Assembly: GCA_002269645.1 (NCBI GenBank)
Contig: NIVC01000504.1
Coordinates: 1-64,000, forward strand
From: Macrostomum lignano
Lineage: Eukaryota
Direction of reading: 5' to 3'
Length of the DNA stretch: 64,000 nt
Position numbers and translations under genes: made by a program. Under the pieces are notes generated by a model that saw only the letters and a list, made by a program, of their open reading frames with translations, ran no database searches and was not told the DNA's origin. This document shows, in pieces, positions 40,101 to 52,900 of this stretch. Numbering within the stretch: position 1 is the stretch's first letter; the number at the start of each line of letters is the position of its first letter.

Positions 40101-42643
40101 GATCCGAAGGATGAGATCCGAAGTATGAGATCCGAAGGATGAGATCCGAAGGATGAGATCCGAAGGATGAGATCCGAAGGATGAGATCCGAAGGATGAGA
40201 TCCGAAGGATGAGATCCGAAGGATGAGATCCGAAGGATGAGATCCGAAGGATGAGATCCGAAGGATGAGATCCGAAGGATGAGATCCGAAGGATGAGATC
40301 CGAAGGATGAGATCCGAAGGATGAGATCCGAAGGATGAGATCCGAAGGATGAGATCCGAAGGATGAGATCCGAAGGATGAGATCCGAAGGATGAGATCCG
40401 AAGGATGAGATCCGAAGGATGAGATCCGAAGGATAAGATCCGAAGGATGAGATCCGAAGGATGAGATCCGAAGGATGAGATCCGAAGGATGAGATCCGAA
40501 GGATGAGATCCGAAGGATGAGATCCGAAGGATGAGATCCGAAGGATGAGATCCGAAGGATGAGATCCGAAGGATGAGATCCGAAGGATGAGATCCGAAGG
40601 ATGAGATCCGAAGGATGAGATCCGAAGGATGAGATCCGAAGGATGAGATCCGAAGGATGAGATCCGAAGGATGAGATCCGAAGGATGAGATCCGAAGGAT
40701 GAGATCCGAAGGATGAGATCCGAAGGATGAGATCCGAAGGATGAGATCCGAAGGATGAGATCCGAAGGATGAGATCCGAAGGATGAGATCCGAAGGATGA
40801 GATCCGAAGGATGAGATCCGAAGGATGAGATCCGAAGGATGAGATCCGAAGGATGAGATCCGAAGGATGAGATCCGAAGGATAAGATCCGAAGGATGAGA
40901 TCCGAAGGATGAGATCCGAAGGATGAGATCCGAAGGATGAGATCCGAAGGATGAGATCCGAAGGATGAGATCCGAAGGATGAGATCCGAAGGATGAGATC
41001 CGAAGGATGAGATCCGAAGGATGAGATCCGAAGGATGAGATCCGAAGGATGAGATCCGAAGGATGAGATCCGAAGGATGAGATCCGAAGGATGAGATCCG
41101 AAGGATGAGATCCGAAGGATGAGATCCGAAGGATGAGATCAAAGTAGTGGCACCCCAGTCAGTGCCACAAGCCCATTAAAAATCCTGCAAACCTTGCAGA
41201 ACCATGTCGATCCTGATTGAAGAGATTGAGAAGTGCCGCAGAAAGGTGCAAACGCTGATTAATTACACAAATGTGCTCATTCCGCTTGTATACACTCAGG
41301 TAAGCAGCGCACAGGTGTCAATCAAATTAGTTAAGCATCGCACAACGCACAAGCAGAGTTCCTCCTCTTCTCTCGCAGGTGGTGATCATAGCGGTCTACA
41401 GCTACTTCCTCCTGCAGCTGTTCAGCCAGCAGTTCATCAACGCCAAGAACACGGCAGCTGAGCTGTCGCGCCAGTTGAATCGCAGCGTCCAGCCGATCCA
41501 CATCGTTGAGTTCGCCGGCTCGGCTGAGCACCACGGCGAGGCCTTCGTTATGGACGATCGAATCGACCTGTTTGTTCCGGTGTTCGGCGTTTTCAGGGTG
41601 CGTTTGGGCTGCTAGGATCTTCTTGCAGCATAGGGATGGGGATTGTGATTTAACAGAGCTTTACCATTTTCCGCAGTTTCTCTTCCTAATGGGCTGGATG
41701 AAGGTGGCCATGTGCCTCATCAACCCGTTTGGCAACGACGATGAGGATTTTCAGATTTTAGACATTTTAAAGTACAATTTAGAGGTGAGAATACTACTAC
41801 CGCTACACCTACTTCTACTCCTACATGTACTCCTACTCCAACTCCTACTCCAACTCCTACTCCAACTCCAACTCCTACTCCTACTCCAACTCCTACTCCA
41901 ACTCCAACTCCTACTCCTACTCCAACTCCTACTCCTACTCCAACTCCTACTCCTACTCCAACTCCTACTCCTACTCCAACTCCTACTCCTACTCCAACTT
42001 CTACTCCTACTCCAACTCCTACTCCAACTCCAACTCCTACTCCTACTCCTACTCCTACTCCAACTCCAACTCCTACTCCTACTCCAACTCCTACTCCTAC
42101 TCCTACTCCAACTCCTACTCCTACTCCTACTCCTACTCCAACTCCTACTCCTACTCCTACTCCAACTCCTACTCCTACTCCTACTCCTACTCCAACTCCA
42201 ACTCCTACTCCTACTCCAACTCCTACTCCTACTCCTACTCCTACTCCTACTCCAACTCCTACTCCAACTCCTACTCCTACTCCTACTCCTACTCCAACTC
42301 CAACTCCTACTCCTACTCCAACTCCTACTCCTACTCCTACTCCAACTCCTACTCCTACTCCTACTCCTACTCCTACTCCTAATCCAACCCGAAGATCTCA
42401 GCTCGGTCAGCATTCTCCTCGTACTCGGCCTACCCCGAGCCCATCGTGTCCGGCAGTCTCCGATGGGCCGCCAGACAGACCGGCTTCGATGGCGGCGGTT
42501 TCATGACCTACCTGAGGAGAACTAATCTTGAGCTGTCAGCTGCGAAGACTGGATCAACTTCTGACGGATATATCTGCAAAAATCCTTCTAGCAGACTGAC
42601 TAGCGGCTGGTCGCAGAGCTCCCTTACCGAGATAATAGTATAG
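37195..42643 (+). CDS. Divergent bestrophin-family Ca2+-activated anion channel (~516 aa). Exons 37195-37459, 38081-38328, ~39001-39362 (acceptor uncertain), 41200-41299, 41379-41597, 41677-41784, 42395-42643
   Basis: ILFLWEGSIYKL, IPLSFLLAFFVS/ILARWWQ, EYWLPMQWA, LIPLVYTQVV, FLFLMGWMKVA and NPFGNDDEDF are bestrophin hallmarks. Canonical junctions except for the exon 3 acceptor. Confidence 0.85.
37470..37880 (-). mobile_element. 3' fragment of RTE-like LINE, antisense in bestrophin intron 1
   Basis: VLLYNAKTWTLTATLERQLDSAHSGLLRAAF...LRRRRLQLAGHVIRA, homologous to the 30.8-32.3 kb and 53.6-55.7 kb copies, with a TTGTT-type tail. Confidence 0.85.
38500..39000. repeat. 20-bp minisatellite (CAGGAGACAGGGGTGCCCAC) in bestrophin intron 2
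   Basis: Tandem units seen directly. Confidence 0.92.
39365..40075. repeat. ~12-bp degenerate repeat (TTGTGTCTGGCT/TTGTGTCTGTCA) containing copies of the bestrophin exon 3 end
   Basis: Tandem units seen directly; CTACTGCGATGTCAGGTT recurs at ~39600, 39726 and 39992. Confidence 0.88.
40079..41140. repeat. Highly homogeneous 14-bp satellite (GGATGAGATCCGAA), ~75 copies
   Basis: Only three visible variant units. Confidence 0.95.
41800..42382. repeat. (CTCCTA/CTCCAA)n hexanucleotide array in the last bestrophin intron
   Basis: Seen directly; explains the poly-L, SR and SY ORFs. Confidence 0.95.
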
Positions 42644-42848
42644 CGATTCACTATAAAAGTCATTGACCATTCACTGAATTCACTGAATATCTTTTCAGAT
42701 TTGTAAACCACAAATTAATTTGGAATTAACACGGCATAAATATTGATTTTATCTTAGTTTAATAAATACAAAGGATGCACGATTTCAAAATATTTGAGTT
42801 CCTAATTTTGTCATAGTCTGTAGTCATTATTCGAGTATGATATAACAC

Positions 42849-45800
42849 TCACTGGTGTGCTATCCACTGCCCTGACAATGGCTCACTGGTGTGCTATCCA
42901 CTGCCCTGACAATGGCTCACTGGTGTGCTATCCACTGCCCTGACAATGGCTCACTGGTGTGCTATCCACTGCCCTGAGAATGGCTCACTGGTGTGCTATC
43001 CACTGCCCTGACAATGGCTCACTAGTGTGCTATCCACTGCCCTGACAATGGCTCACTAGTGTGCTATCCACTGCCCCGACAATGGCTCACTAGTGTGCTA
43101 TCCACTGCCCCGACAATGGCTCACTGGTGTGCTATCCACTGCCCTGACAATGGCTCACTAGTGTGCTATCCACTGCCCTGACAATGGCTCACTGGTGTGC
43201 TATACACTGCCCTGACAATGGCTCACTGGTGTGCTATCCACTGCCCTGACAATGGCTCACTGGTGTGCTATCCACTGCCCTGACAATGGCTCACTGGTGT
43301 GCTATCCACTGCCCTGACAATGGCTCACTGGTGTGCTATACACTGCCCTGACAATGGCTCACTGGTGTGCTTTACACTGCCCTGACAATGGCTCACTGGT
43401 GTGCTATCCACTGCCCTGACAATGGCTCACTGGTGTGCTATCCACTGCCCTGACAATGGCTCACTGGTGTGCTTTACACTGCCCTGACAATGGCTCACTG
43501 GTGTGCTTTACACTGCCCTGACAATGGCTCACTGGTGTGCTATCCACTGCCCTGACAATGGCTCACTGGTGTGCTATCCACTGCCCTGACAATGGCTCAC
43601 TGGTGTGCTATCCACTGCCCTGACAATGGCTCACTGGTGTGCTATCCACTGCCCTGACAATGGCTCACTGGTGTGCTATCCACTGCCCTGACAATGGCTC
43701 ACTGGTGTGCTATACACTGCCCTGACAATGGCTCACTGGTGTGCTATCCACTGCCCTGACAATGGCTCACTGGTGTGCTATCCACTGCCCTGACATTGGC
43801 TCACTTGTGTGCTATACACTGCCCTGACAATGGCTCACTGGTGTGCTATCCACTGCCCTGACAATGGCTCACTGGTGTGCTATCCACTGCCCTGACAATG
43901 GCTCACTGGTGTGCTATCCACTGCCCTGACAATGGCTCACTGGTGTGCTATCCACTGCCCTGACAATGGCTCACTGGTGTGCTATCCACTGCCCTGACAA
44001 TGGCTCACTGGTGTGCTATCCACTGCCCTGACAATGGCTCACTGGTGTGCTATCCACTGCCCTGACATTGGCTCTCTGGTGTGCTATCCACTGCCCTGAC
44101 AATGGCTCACTGGTGTGCTATCCACTGCCCTGACATTGGCTCTCTGGTGTGCTATCCACTGCCCTGACAATGGCTCACTGGTGTGCTATCCACTGCCCTG
44201 ACAATGGCTCACTGGTGTGCTTTACACTGCCCTGACAATGGCTCACTGGTGTGCTATCCACTGCCCTGACAATGGCTCACTGGTGTGCTATCCACTGCCC
44301 TGACAATGGCTCACTGGTGTGCTATCCACTGCCCTGACAATGGCTCACTGGTGTGCTATACACTGCCCTGACAATGGCTCACTGGTGTGCTATCCACTGC
44401 CCTGACAATGGCTCACTGGTGTGCTATCCACTGCCCTGACAATGGCTCACTGGTGTGCTATACACTGCCCTGACAATGGCTCACTAGTGTGCTATCCACT
44501 GCCCTGACAATGGCTCACTGGTGTGCTATACACTGCCCTGACAATGGCTCACTGGTGTGCTATCCACTGCCCTGACAATGGCTCACTGGTGTGCTATACA
44601 CTGCCCTGACAATGGCTCACTAGTGTGCTATCCACTGCCCTGACAATGGCTCACTGGTGTGCTATACACTGCCCTGACAATGGCTCACTGGTGTGCTATC
44701 CACTGCCCTGACAATGGCTCACTGGTGTGCTATCCACTGCCCTGACATGGCTCTCTGGTGTGCTATCCACTGCCCTGACAATGGCTCACTGGTGTGCTAT
44801 CCACTGCCCTGACAATGGCTCTCTGGTGTGCTATCCACTGCCCTGACAATGGCTCACTAGTGTGCTATCCACTGCCCTGACAATGGCTCACTAGTGTGCT
44901 ATCCACTGCCCTGACAATGGCTCACTGGTGTGCTATACACTGCCCTGACAATGGCTCACTGGTGTGCTATCCACTGCCCTGACAATGGCTCACTGGTGTG
45001 CTATCCACTGCCCTGACAATGGCTCACTGGTGTGCTATCCACTGCCCTGACAATGGCTCACTGGTGTGCTATACACTGCCCTGACAATGGCTCACTGGTG
45101 TGCTTTACACTGCCCTGACAATGGCTCACTGGTGTGCTATCCACTGCCCTGACAATGGCTCACTGGTGTGCTATCCACTGCCCTGACAATGGCTCACTGG
45201 TGTGCTATCCACTGCCCTGAGAATGGCTCACTGGTGTGCTATCCACTGCCCTGAGAATGGCTCACTGGTGTGCTATCCACTGCCCTGACAATGGCTCACT
45301 GGTGTGCTATCCACTGCCCTGACAATGGCTCACTGGTGTGCTATCCACTGCCTTGACAATGGCTCACTGGTGTGCTATCCACTGCCCTGACAATGGCTCA
45401 CTGGTGTGCTATCCACTGCCCTGACAATGGCTCACTGGTGTGCTATCCACTGCCCTGACAATGGCTCACTGGTGTGCTATCCACTGCCCTGACAATGGCT
45501 CACTGGTGTGCTATCCACTGCCCTGACAATGGCTCACTGGTGTGCTATCCACTGCCCTGACAATGGCTCACTGGTGTGCTATCCACTGCCCTGACAATGG
45601 CTCACTGGTGTGCTATCCACTGCCCTGACAATGGCTCACTGATGTGCTATCCACTGCCCTGACAATGGCTCACTGGTGTGCTATACACTGCCCTGACAAT
45701 GGCTCACTGGTGTGCTATACACTGCCCTGACAATGGCTCACTGGTGTGCTATCCACTGCCCTGAGAATGGCTCACTGGTGTGCTATCCACTGCCCTGACA

Positions 45801-45888
45801 ATGGCTCACTGGTGTGCTATCCACTGCCCTGACAATGGCTCACTAGTGTGCTATCCACTGCCCTGACAATGGCTCACTGGTGTGCTAT
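42849..45888. repeat. 34-bp satellite (ACTGGTGTGCTATCCACTGCCCTGACAATGGCTC), ~89 copies
   Basis: Contiguous units without spacers and with few point variants. Confidence 0.96.
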
Positions 45889-46225
45889 CGACGTAGAAAA
45901 ATTTCTAGAAACCTTTTAAAGTCGCAATTCATTAAAAGCTTCGATAGTAAGTGAACTGCGCATTGACTTTCTGCACTGTATCAAAATGCTGATTAGGGGT
46001 ATGGCGCAGTGTCTCGCAGTATAATATTAGTATGGTTTTTGTCTGTCCCAATGACATTTGTTGCAGTTAACCAGATTATTCTCTAAACAACTAACTGTTA
46101 TCGCAATCATGAAGTATGAAGCATCGCAATTAAGCACCCCAGCTCGGCATATTATAAACAAACAGTATCGTATTTCAACCAGCTGCGCGAAAACGCATGC
46201 GCAGCACCAAAGCAGATTTTGAAAA

Positions 46226-48616
46226 ATGCCTTTCGAAAGCGTCGGTGCATGTCGAAAAGCGCTGCTCCTAGTGACTGTGCTGGTGGCAGCAGTGCTGATT
46301 GCAGCCTCACTGGCCATTCTGCTGGCTCTGATGTTGCGATCTGCTGCTGACAATGGAAGCGAGTCGAGCTACCGACTTCCAACCGACGTGAAGCCAGTGA
46401 GCTACGCCCTGACCCTTGCTCCTTTTATTTACTCCAGCAATCCTGGTGATTGCTACTTCACTGGCAGTGTCTCCATCGCTGTTGAAGCTGTTAACGACAC
46501 TGACATGTTCAAGTTGCACTCCGTCCGATTGGAAGTTCCAACAGTGCGGCTGCGAAACAGCACAGGTGGTGACGTCATTGTAGATAAGATTGAGGAAAAT
46601 GTGGAGAAACAATGGCTGACCATTAAGCTGGGCGAGCCGCTTCGAGCCGGCGAGACCTACACAGTGCTGATCGACAGATTCAAAGGAAAATTCGTGAAGA
46701 ATGGAAAAACTGGACTCTACTTGAGCAGCAGTTATTCTGAGAACAGCACAGAATACTATCTGGTATCATCGCAGCTTGAACCAATCCATGCTAGAGAAGT
46801 TTTTCCCTGCTTTGATGAGCCAGCAATGAAGGCGGAGTTCAATGTCAGTTTGGTCAGAGGCAGAGAATTCACTGCACTGAGCAACATGCCAATCAAGTCC
46901 TCATCCTCAGTACCTGGAAACACCTGGTTTTCCAACTCTGTGGAACCAAAAGTTGTAATAAAAGACGACTTCGAGACAACTCCGACAATGTCTACCTACA
47001 CTCTGGCCTTCCTGGTGGCGAAGTTTGAATCCATCAGTCATAGCGACAGCAAGGGACGAGTTTTTACCAACTGGCTGTCACCAGAGCTCGTTAAGAAATC
47101 CAACTTTACTCTTTCTGTAGCTGCTAAAGCCATCGAAGCCTTTGAGAAGCTGCTCAACGTGTCCTATAAAACGAACATTACCAAGCAAGCAGGGGTTCCT
47201 TTGCTTAACTTTGAGGCGATGGAGAACTGGGGACTCATAATTTACCAGCAGAATATTCTTATGTACAATGAGAACACCACCACAACACTATCAAAACTAA
47301 CAAACGCTCTCACCGTGTCTCACGAGATCGTCCACCAGTGGTTTGGGAACCTGGTTACCATGAAATGGTGGAATGAAATCTGGCTCAACGAAGCATTTTC
47401 AACATTCTACAGCTATCTGGGGCTGGAGTGGGGCTCGGAGTCGGACTTGGACAGTCATTTTGTTATGTTTCAAAAATATCTGTTTGAAATGAACTTCGAA
47501 CGAAAACGTTATAAAGTTCACCCGATCCAGGTGGACGTCTCAACACCAACGGACATTGATGGTATTTTTGACTACATTGTGTATCAGAAAGGTGCCTCCG
47601 TAGTTCGAATGATGCACAACTCCATCGGCGCTCGCGTGTTTGGTGCTGCCGTGTCCAGCTACATCAGGAAGCACAGCTACTCAAACGCTGGCTCAGAAGA
47701 TTTTTACTCCAGTCTAAATGAGCAGCTGCGGATTCACAAGCAGAGCCTGGACGCTGAAACGGTGATGAGTTCGTGGGTCAAGCAGGTAGGCTATCCACTG
47801 GTGACTTGCTCCATGGAAAATGGTTCGCTGCTTCTCAGGCAGCAGGATATTGTTAGCCTCAGTCATAAAGAGAAGTCCAACCTGACCTGGAGTATTCCCA
47901 TCACTGCCATGACCAACTTGAACCATACCGGATGGAGCAGATCGGAGGTGGCGCACCTGGTTCACTGGATGAGAGGCGAGACGCTAAGGCTGCCCTTGGA
48001 CTCATCTACGGGTTGGTACCTGATCAACCTGAGGTCGAGCGGGCACTATCAGGTGAATTATGACAGAGAGAACTGGGACAGACTGGCTGCTCAGTTAACA
48101 ACAGATCACACAGTGTTCACACCTGCTGACAGAGCCAGTCTGATATATGACAGCTTCACCTTGGCATCTCTAGGAATAATTGATTACTCTGTGCCGGTGA
48201 GGATCGTCATGGGATACCTGAAGAATGAAACCGAGTTCGCACCTTGGGCCGTAGTTTTGAGAATGCAACGCATGTACAAAAAAGATTTTTCTGCATTGTC
48301 ACAAGCGAATGTTGTAGAAGGCTTGCTTGAAAACGTATTTGAGTATGTGACAGCTGGGACCCAACAAAATTCTTCCTTGACTGGATTGCTGGCTCAGTTG
48401 ATTGTTAGCACAGCGTGCAACAAAAATGTAACTTACTGTATCCGCTTCGCGCTCAAGGAATGTCAGAAATTTATTGACAGCAATTCGACTCACTCAACGA
48501 GTGCTGACTTTCGCTATTCCGTCTTGAGGACTTGTGTGAAGCATGACGAAGGGGAATTTAAGCCTTGGCAGTTGAAATGGTTCAGAAGTGAGGCTCGCAA
48601 GTTATTATTAAGCTAG
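46226..48616 (+). CDS. Intronless membrane-anchored M1 aminopeptidase (aminopeptidase N-like), 796 aa
   Basis: N-terminal TM anchor, YRLP, FPCFDEPAMKAEF, FETTPTMSTY, EAMENWGL, HEIVHQWFGNLVTMKWWNEIWLNE (HEXXH-X18-E) and YQKG. The C-terminal domain is shorter than usual. Confidence 0.92.
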   Translation: MPFESVGACRKALLLVTVLVAAVLIAASLAILLALMLRSAADNGSESSYRLPTDVKPVSYALTLAPFIYSSNPGDCYFTGSVSIAVEAVNDTDMFKLHSVRLEVPTVRLRNSTGGDVIVDKIEENVEKQWLTIKLGEPLRAGETYTVLIDRFKGKFVKNGKTGLYLSSSYSENSTEYYLVSSQLEPIHAREVFPCFDEPAMKAEFNVSLVRGREFTALSNMPIKSSSSVPGNTWFSNSVEPKVVIKDDFETTPTMSTYTLAFLVAKFESISHSDSKGRVFTNWLSPELVKKSNFTLSVAAKAIEAFEKLLNVSYKTNITKQAGVPLLNFEAMENWGLIIYQQNILMYNENTTTTLSKLTNALTVSHEIVHQWFGNLVTMKWWNEIWLNEAFSTFYSYLGLEWGSESDLDSHFVMFQKYLFEMNFERKRYKVHPIQVDVSTPTDIDGIFDYIVYQKGASVVRMMHNSIGARVFGAAVSSYIRKHSYSNAGSEDFYSSLNEQLRIHKQSLDAETVMSSWVKQVGYPLVTCSMENGSLLLRQQDIVSLSHKEKSNLTWSIPITAMTNLNHTGWSRSEVAHLVHWMRGETLRLPLDSSTGWYLINLRSSGHYQVNYDRENWDRLAAQLTTDHTVFTPADRASLIYDSFTLASLGIIDYSVPVRIVMGYLKNETEFAPWAVVLRMQRMYKKDFSALSQANVVEGLLENVFEYVTAGTQQNSSLTGLLAQLIVSTACNKNVTYCIRFALKECQKFIDSNSTHSTSADFRYSVLRTCVKHDEGEFKPWQLKWFRSEARKLLLS

Positions 48617-49981
48617 CTGTATTAAACGATACATGTACCTGGTATGTACGAACAATACCGACTGATCGAAGAACTTTAGTCTTCACCGCGACTACAAATA
48701 TAGTCTACTCGTAGAAGTATTTTCCTACAAGTATTTACAAGTATTGACACACAAGATAGAGCAATAAATATTGCCTTGTAGTACAAATTTGTAACGTATG
48801 TAACATTTAATCCATGAAATACTCTGTCCTTTTTAGAAGACGCACCTCTAAAATCAATAACTTGGCGGCAGATTTTTTGTTAGGATAAATTATAAATGAT
48901 AAATTCTAAGAGCTACAGAACTTTTATTTGATACTCTACTAATATTCAATAAATATACGGAAAATCTCGTAAAACCATTAAGACATTCTAGGCTACCCGA
49001 GTTTGCATGCAACCACAATTTAGGAAATGCAAGTACGTGTGTACAAACCGCTGCACGAATGTTATTCTTCGATAACGAATATTTTAGTTGGAACTATACA
49101 TTGCCTTGCAACTACATGCAATTATAGTGACTAAGTGAGGACATTCTAGGAAATCAAATAATGCGATTGTACAACGCGACAGGGCATATGCATCTACGTA
49201 ATATGAAAATAGGCCTATTAATCTAACAGGTCCCAAAAGCATCTAACATTAAGTATTATTATGTAAAATATGACATCAGCATATACATGTAACATCCGCA
49301 TCCAGCTGGTGACATCAGTGTCTAACAGGTGATACTGATGTCGCCTGTTACATGCCAACGTCACCTGTTAGATACTGATGTAAATTGTCGCTGGCAAACC
49401 TAAGCGGCCATTCTTCATCTATTTGAATTTAGCAACAGAAAAATCCTCAGTTTAAAGCATTATCTGCAAAGTAAATTAAAAATCGTCAGAGAGCTCTGCT
49501 TGGCTTCCAAGCCCCAGCCCTGCCCTCCCTCCCCTCTCCATCTCTCTCCCCTCGTGTCTCAGCTGCCGCCCCTTCACCCCTGCCCACTGACAATGCACTT
49601 GCTATGCCGAGCACGCAGCCACAGTCAGCTCTCATTGTTTAACTCAGCAGAGCTCGCAGCATCTCACTGCTCCTGCATCTCTCACCCCGCTGAGCAGAGC
49701 AGCTGCCGGACCCCCTGGCACCCAATCAGGCCTCAAACACAGCCGCTGGGTCAGAGAAGAGAATCGGTCTCAGTCCATTTAAACAAATTTCTCTGCACAG
49801 GGAGAGCTCAGAGATTTCAGTCCGTGACAGCGGGACTTTTGCTGCTGCTGCTGAGCCGGCAGGCGAATTCGCTTGAAGAAGAGCAAAGCACTCAGTTTGA
49901 AGCCGTGTGGAACAGCTGCGGCAGACAGCAGATCGGCAGAGAAGCGCTGCTAGGAGAAGCAGTGTAGCCAGGGCAACACAG

Positions 49982-52900
49982 ATGGAGCGGAAGCTGAGAG
50001 CGGCGCTGGAGGCTGGAGACAGTGAGGAGCTGCAGCGACTGTGCGGTGAGATCGACAGCAACATCGAGCTGGAGGTGGGCGGGTTCGACACGCAAGACTT
50101 TCCCTTTGAAGAACTTCGCAAAATGCCGCTGGCCCATCACGTGGCCTGCAAGCCGGTGAGATTGTCGTGCCTGGAGCTGCTGATTGACAGATTCGGACCC
50201 GGCTGTCTGACTCATAGAAATGAAAGTGATGAGACTCCAGTGCACTTGGCAGCCCAGCATCAGGACGAATCTTGGATGAAGCTGATTAAAGAGAAGGGAG
50301 CCAGAGACTGCTTGAGAATTGTCGATATAAAGAGATACACAGTCGCTCACTTTGCCGCTATGAACAGAAAAAGCAATTCTTGTCTTAAGTGGCTGGTGAA
50401 GGTGCTCGGAAGCGACTGCCTCACAGCTCCTGACAGATCAAGTGACACGGCCGTCCATTTTGCCGCTCAGCATCAGGGCATCGAGTCGCTGGATTGGATC
50501 AAGAGACAGATCGGAACTGACTGCTTTCGGCTGAAGGGACGGTGGAATAGAACAGCATTTCACATTGCTGCTGAGAAGTCTGACAATTCAAATCTGAAGT
50601 GGCTGGTGAAGGAGCTCGGCAGCGACTGTCTCACAGTTCCTGACGAAAACGGTTACACGGCCATCCATTTGGCCGCTAAGCATCAGGGCATCGAGTCGCT
50701 GGAGTGGATCAAGAGACAGATCGGAACTGACGGCTTTCGGCTGAAGACAAAGAGTGATAGAACAGCATTTCACTTTGCTGCTGTGAATTTTGACAATTCA
50801 AATCTGAAGTGGCTGGTGAATGAGGCCGGCAGCGACTGTCTCACAGTTCCTGACAAATACGGTCACACGGCCGTCCATTTGGCCGCTGCATCTCAGTCAG
50901 TCGACTCTCTTCAGTTCATTTTTGACCAAATCGGAGCCGAAATGTTCAGTTTGAAGAACAAAGAGGGCGAAACACCGGCTGATGCTGTTGAGAGGTCCTA
51001 CAAAGACCAGTCAGCAAAGCAGGCCTGGATTTCCTCCACTCAGCGGCGGCTCGAAGCCTCTCGGCCTCCCGCTGGCAGCTCAGCGCCGACTGCCGCCTCA
51101 GCTGAGTGAGTCCTGACTGAGAGCTGCTGCCTGACACTAAAAATACTGATATATGTTTGGCGAAAAATCATTGCGCTTTCCTGATCGGCACTTTCCTGAA
51201 ATTCTTAGCAGCGCCGCCGTCAAGCGAGGGGCATCATGAAGTTGTCAGGGTAGATCCCCATGGCGCTCCCAATCTTAATGTGTATTTTGGGGTCAGAGCT
51301 ACAGGTGTTGATTTGGGAAGACAGGTTTCGATCCGTATTGGAAATGGCTTTTCCATCAGGGATTTTGTGCATGTACATGTATTTTGGGACAGTCAGCTCA
51401 GCTGCTCTCTTAGGCAGGCAGACGCAGAAGTGCGGTGACGCAGAAGTGCGGTGACGCAGAAGTGCGGTGACGCAGAAAGGTGGTGACGCAGAAGTGCGGT
51501 GACGCAAAAGGGTGGTGACGCAGAAGTGCGGTGACGCAGAAGTGCGGTGACGCAGAAGTGCGGTGACGCAGAAGGGTGGTGACGCAGAAGGGTGGTGACG
51601 CAGAAGTGCGGTGACGCAGAAGTGCGGTGACGCAGAAGTGCGGTGACGCAAAAGGGTGGTGACGCAGAAGGGTGGTGACGCAGAAGTGCGGTGACGCAAA
51701 AGGGTGGTGACGCAGAAGTGCGGTGACGCAGAAGTGCGGTGACGCAGAAGTGCGGTGACGCAGAAGGGTGGTGACGCAGAAGGGTGGTGACGCAGAAGTG
51801 CGGTGACGCAGAAGGGTGGTGACGCAGAAGGGTGGTGACGCAGAAGGGTGGTGACGCAGAAGGGTGGTGACGCAGAAGTGCGGTGACGCAGAAGGGTGGT
51901 GACGCAGATGGGTGGTGACGCAGAAGGGTGGTGACGCAGAGGGGTGGTGACTCAGAGGGGTGGTGACGCAGAAGGGCGGTGACGCAGAGGGGTGATGCAG
52001 AAGGCTGAGTGACTCCAAAGTATTTAGGGAGCCCAAAGCAGCTCAAAATTTATCAAATTCCTTCACCTCATGTTTCAGCCCCAAGAAGCAGCTGGACCCC
52101 AGCTTCACCGACTGGGATTTCATCCTGCAGGGCAACAAGAAGCAGCTCATCGGCCGTGGCGGATTCGGTGAAGTGTACAAGGCCCTCACAGACCGCAACC
52201 AGACGGTGGCTATCAAGGTGCTGCCCCTGAGCCAAGCTGAACAAGACGCAGAGGAACTGAAGAAAAATCTTCAGATGGAGAATCGTGGAGTTGAGATCCT
52301 CAAGCGACTCTCGCATCCCAACATTGTGCAGTTCCTCAAGTGCGAGCAGAGTTCGGATGGACTGTACATCTTCACCGAACTGGTCTCGGGTCACAGCCTC
52401 TTTGAGCTGATGCAGCGTCAGAACAAGCCGTTCAAGGAGTCCGGGGTCAGGGACTTCTCCAGACAGGTGCGTCTCTGGATTCTCTGGGTTAGCCTGGCAT
52501 GGGTGGGATCAGTGTCGGATCAGTAGCTCGTATGAGATCAGGTCAGTGTGGGTGGGATAAAAATTGGAAAGATCCAATTTTATGACTGCTCAAAACTGCT
52601 CCACCTGCAGATCTGCTCAGGTCTGAACTTCCTGCACTGCCAGCCGGAGGGCGCCATCTTGCACCGTGACATCAAGAGCTCAAACGTGATGCTCACCAAC
52701 GAGGGCGTCATCAAGCTGATCGACTTCGGTCTGGCCAGGGAGATCTTCAACACCTGCAGCCTGAGCGCAGGCAACCAGCCAAAAGGCACCTGGCACTTCA
52801 TGGCGCCCGAGCTGTTCATGGGCGAGGACGACTCGATTCCGTACTCAGCCAAGACCGACGTGTGGGCCTTCGGCTGCACCGTGTATGAGCTGACGACCAT

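Noticed and set aside
40057-41142. 361-aa ORF (ISSFGSHPSDLILR)n
   Set aside because: Stop-free reading of a 14-bp satellite within a bestrophin intron.
41506-42525. Poly-Leu, SR-repeat and SY-repeat ORFs
   Set aside because: Frames of the CTCCTA/CTCCAA array bounded by canonical bestrophin splice sites.
42849-45888. 34-bp repeat array as a CRISPR
   Set aside because: Units are contiguous with no unique spacers, there are no cas genes, and the context is eukaryotic.
51220-52046. [12 protein letters not shown] repeat ORFs
   Set aside because: Antisense reading of the 16-bp intronic minisatellite.
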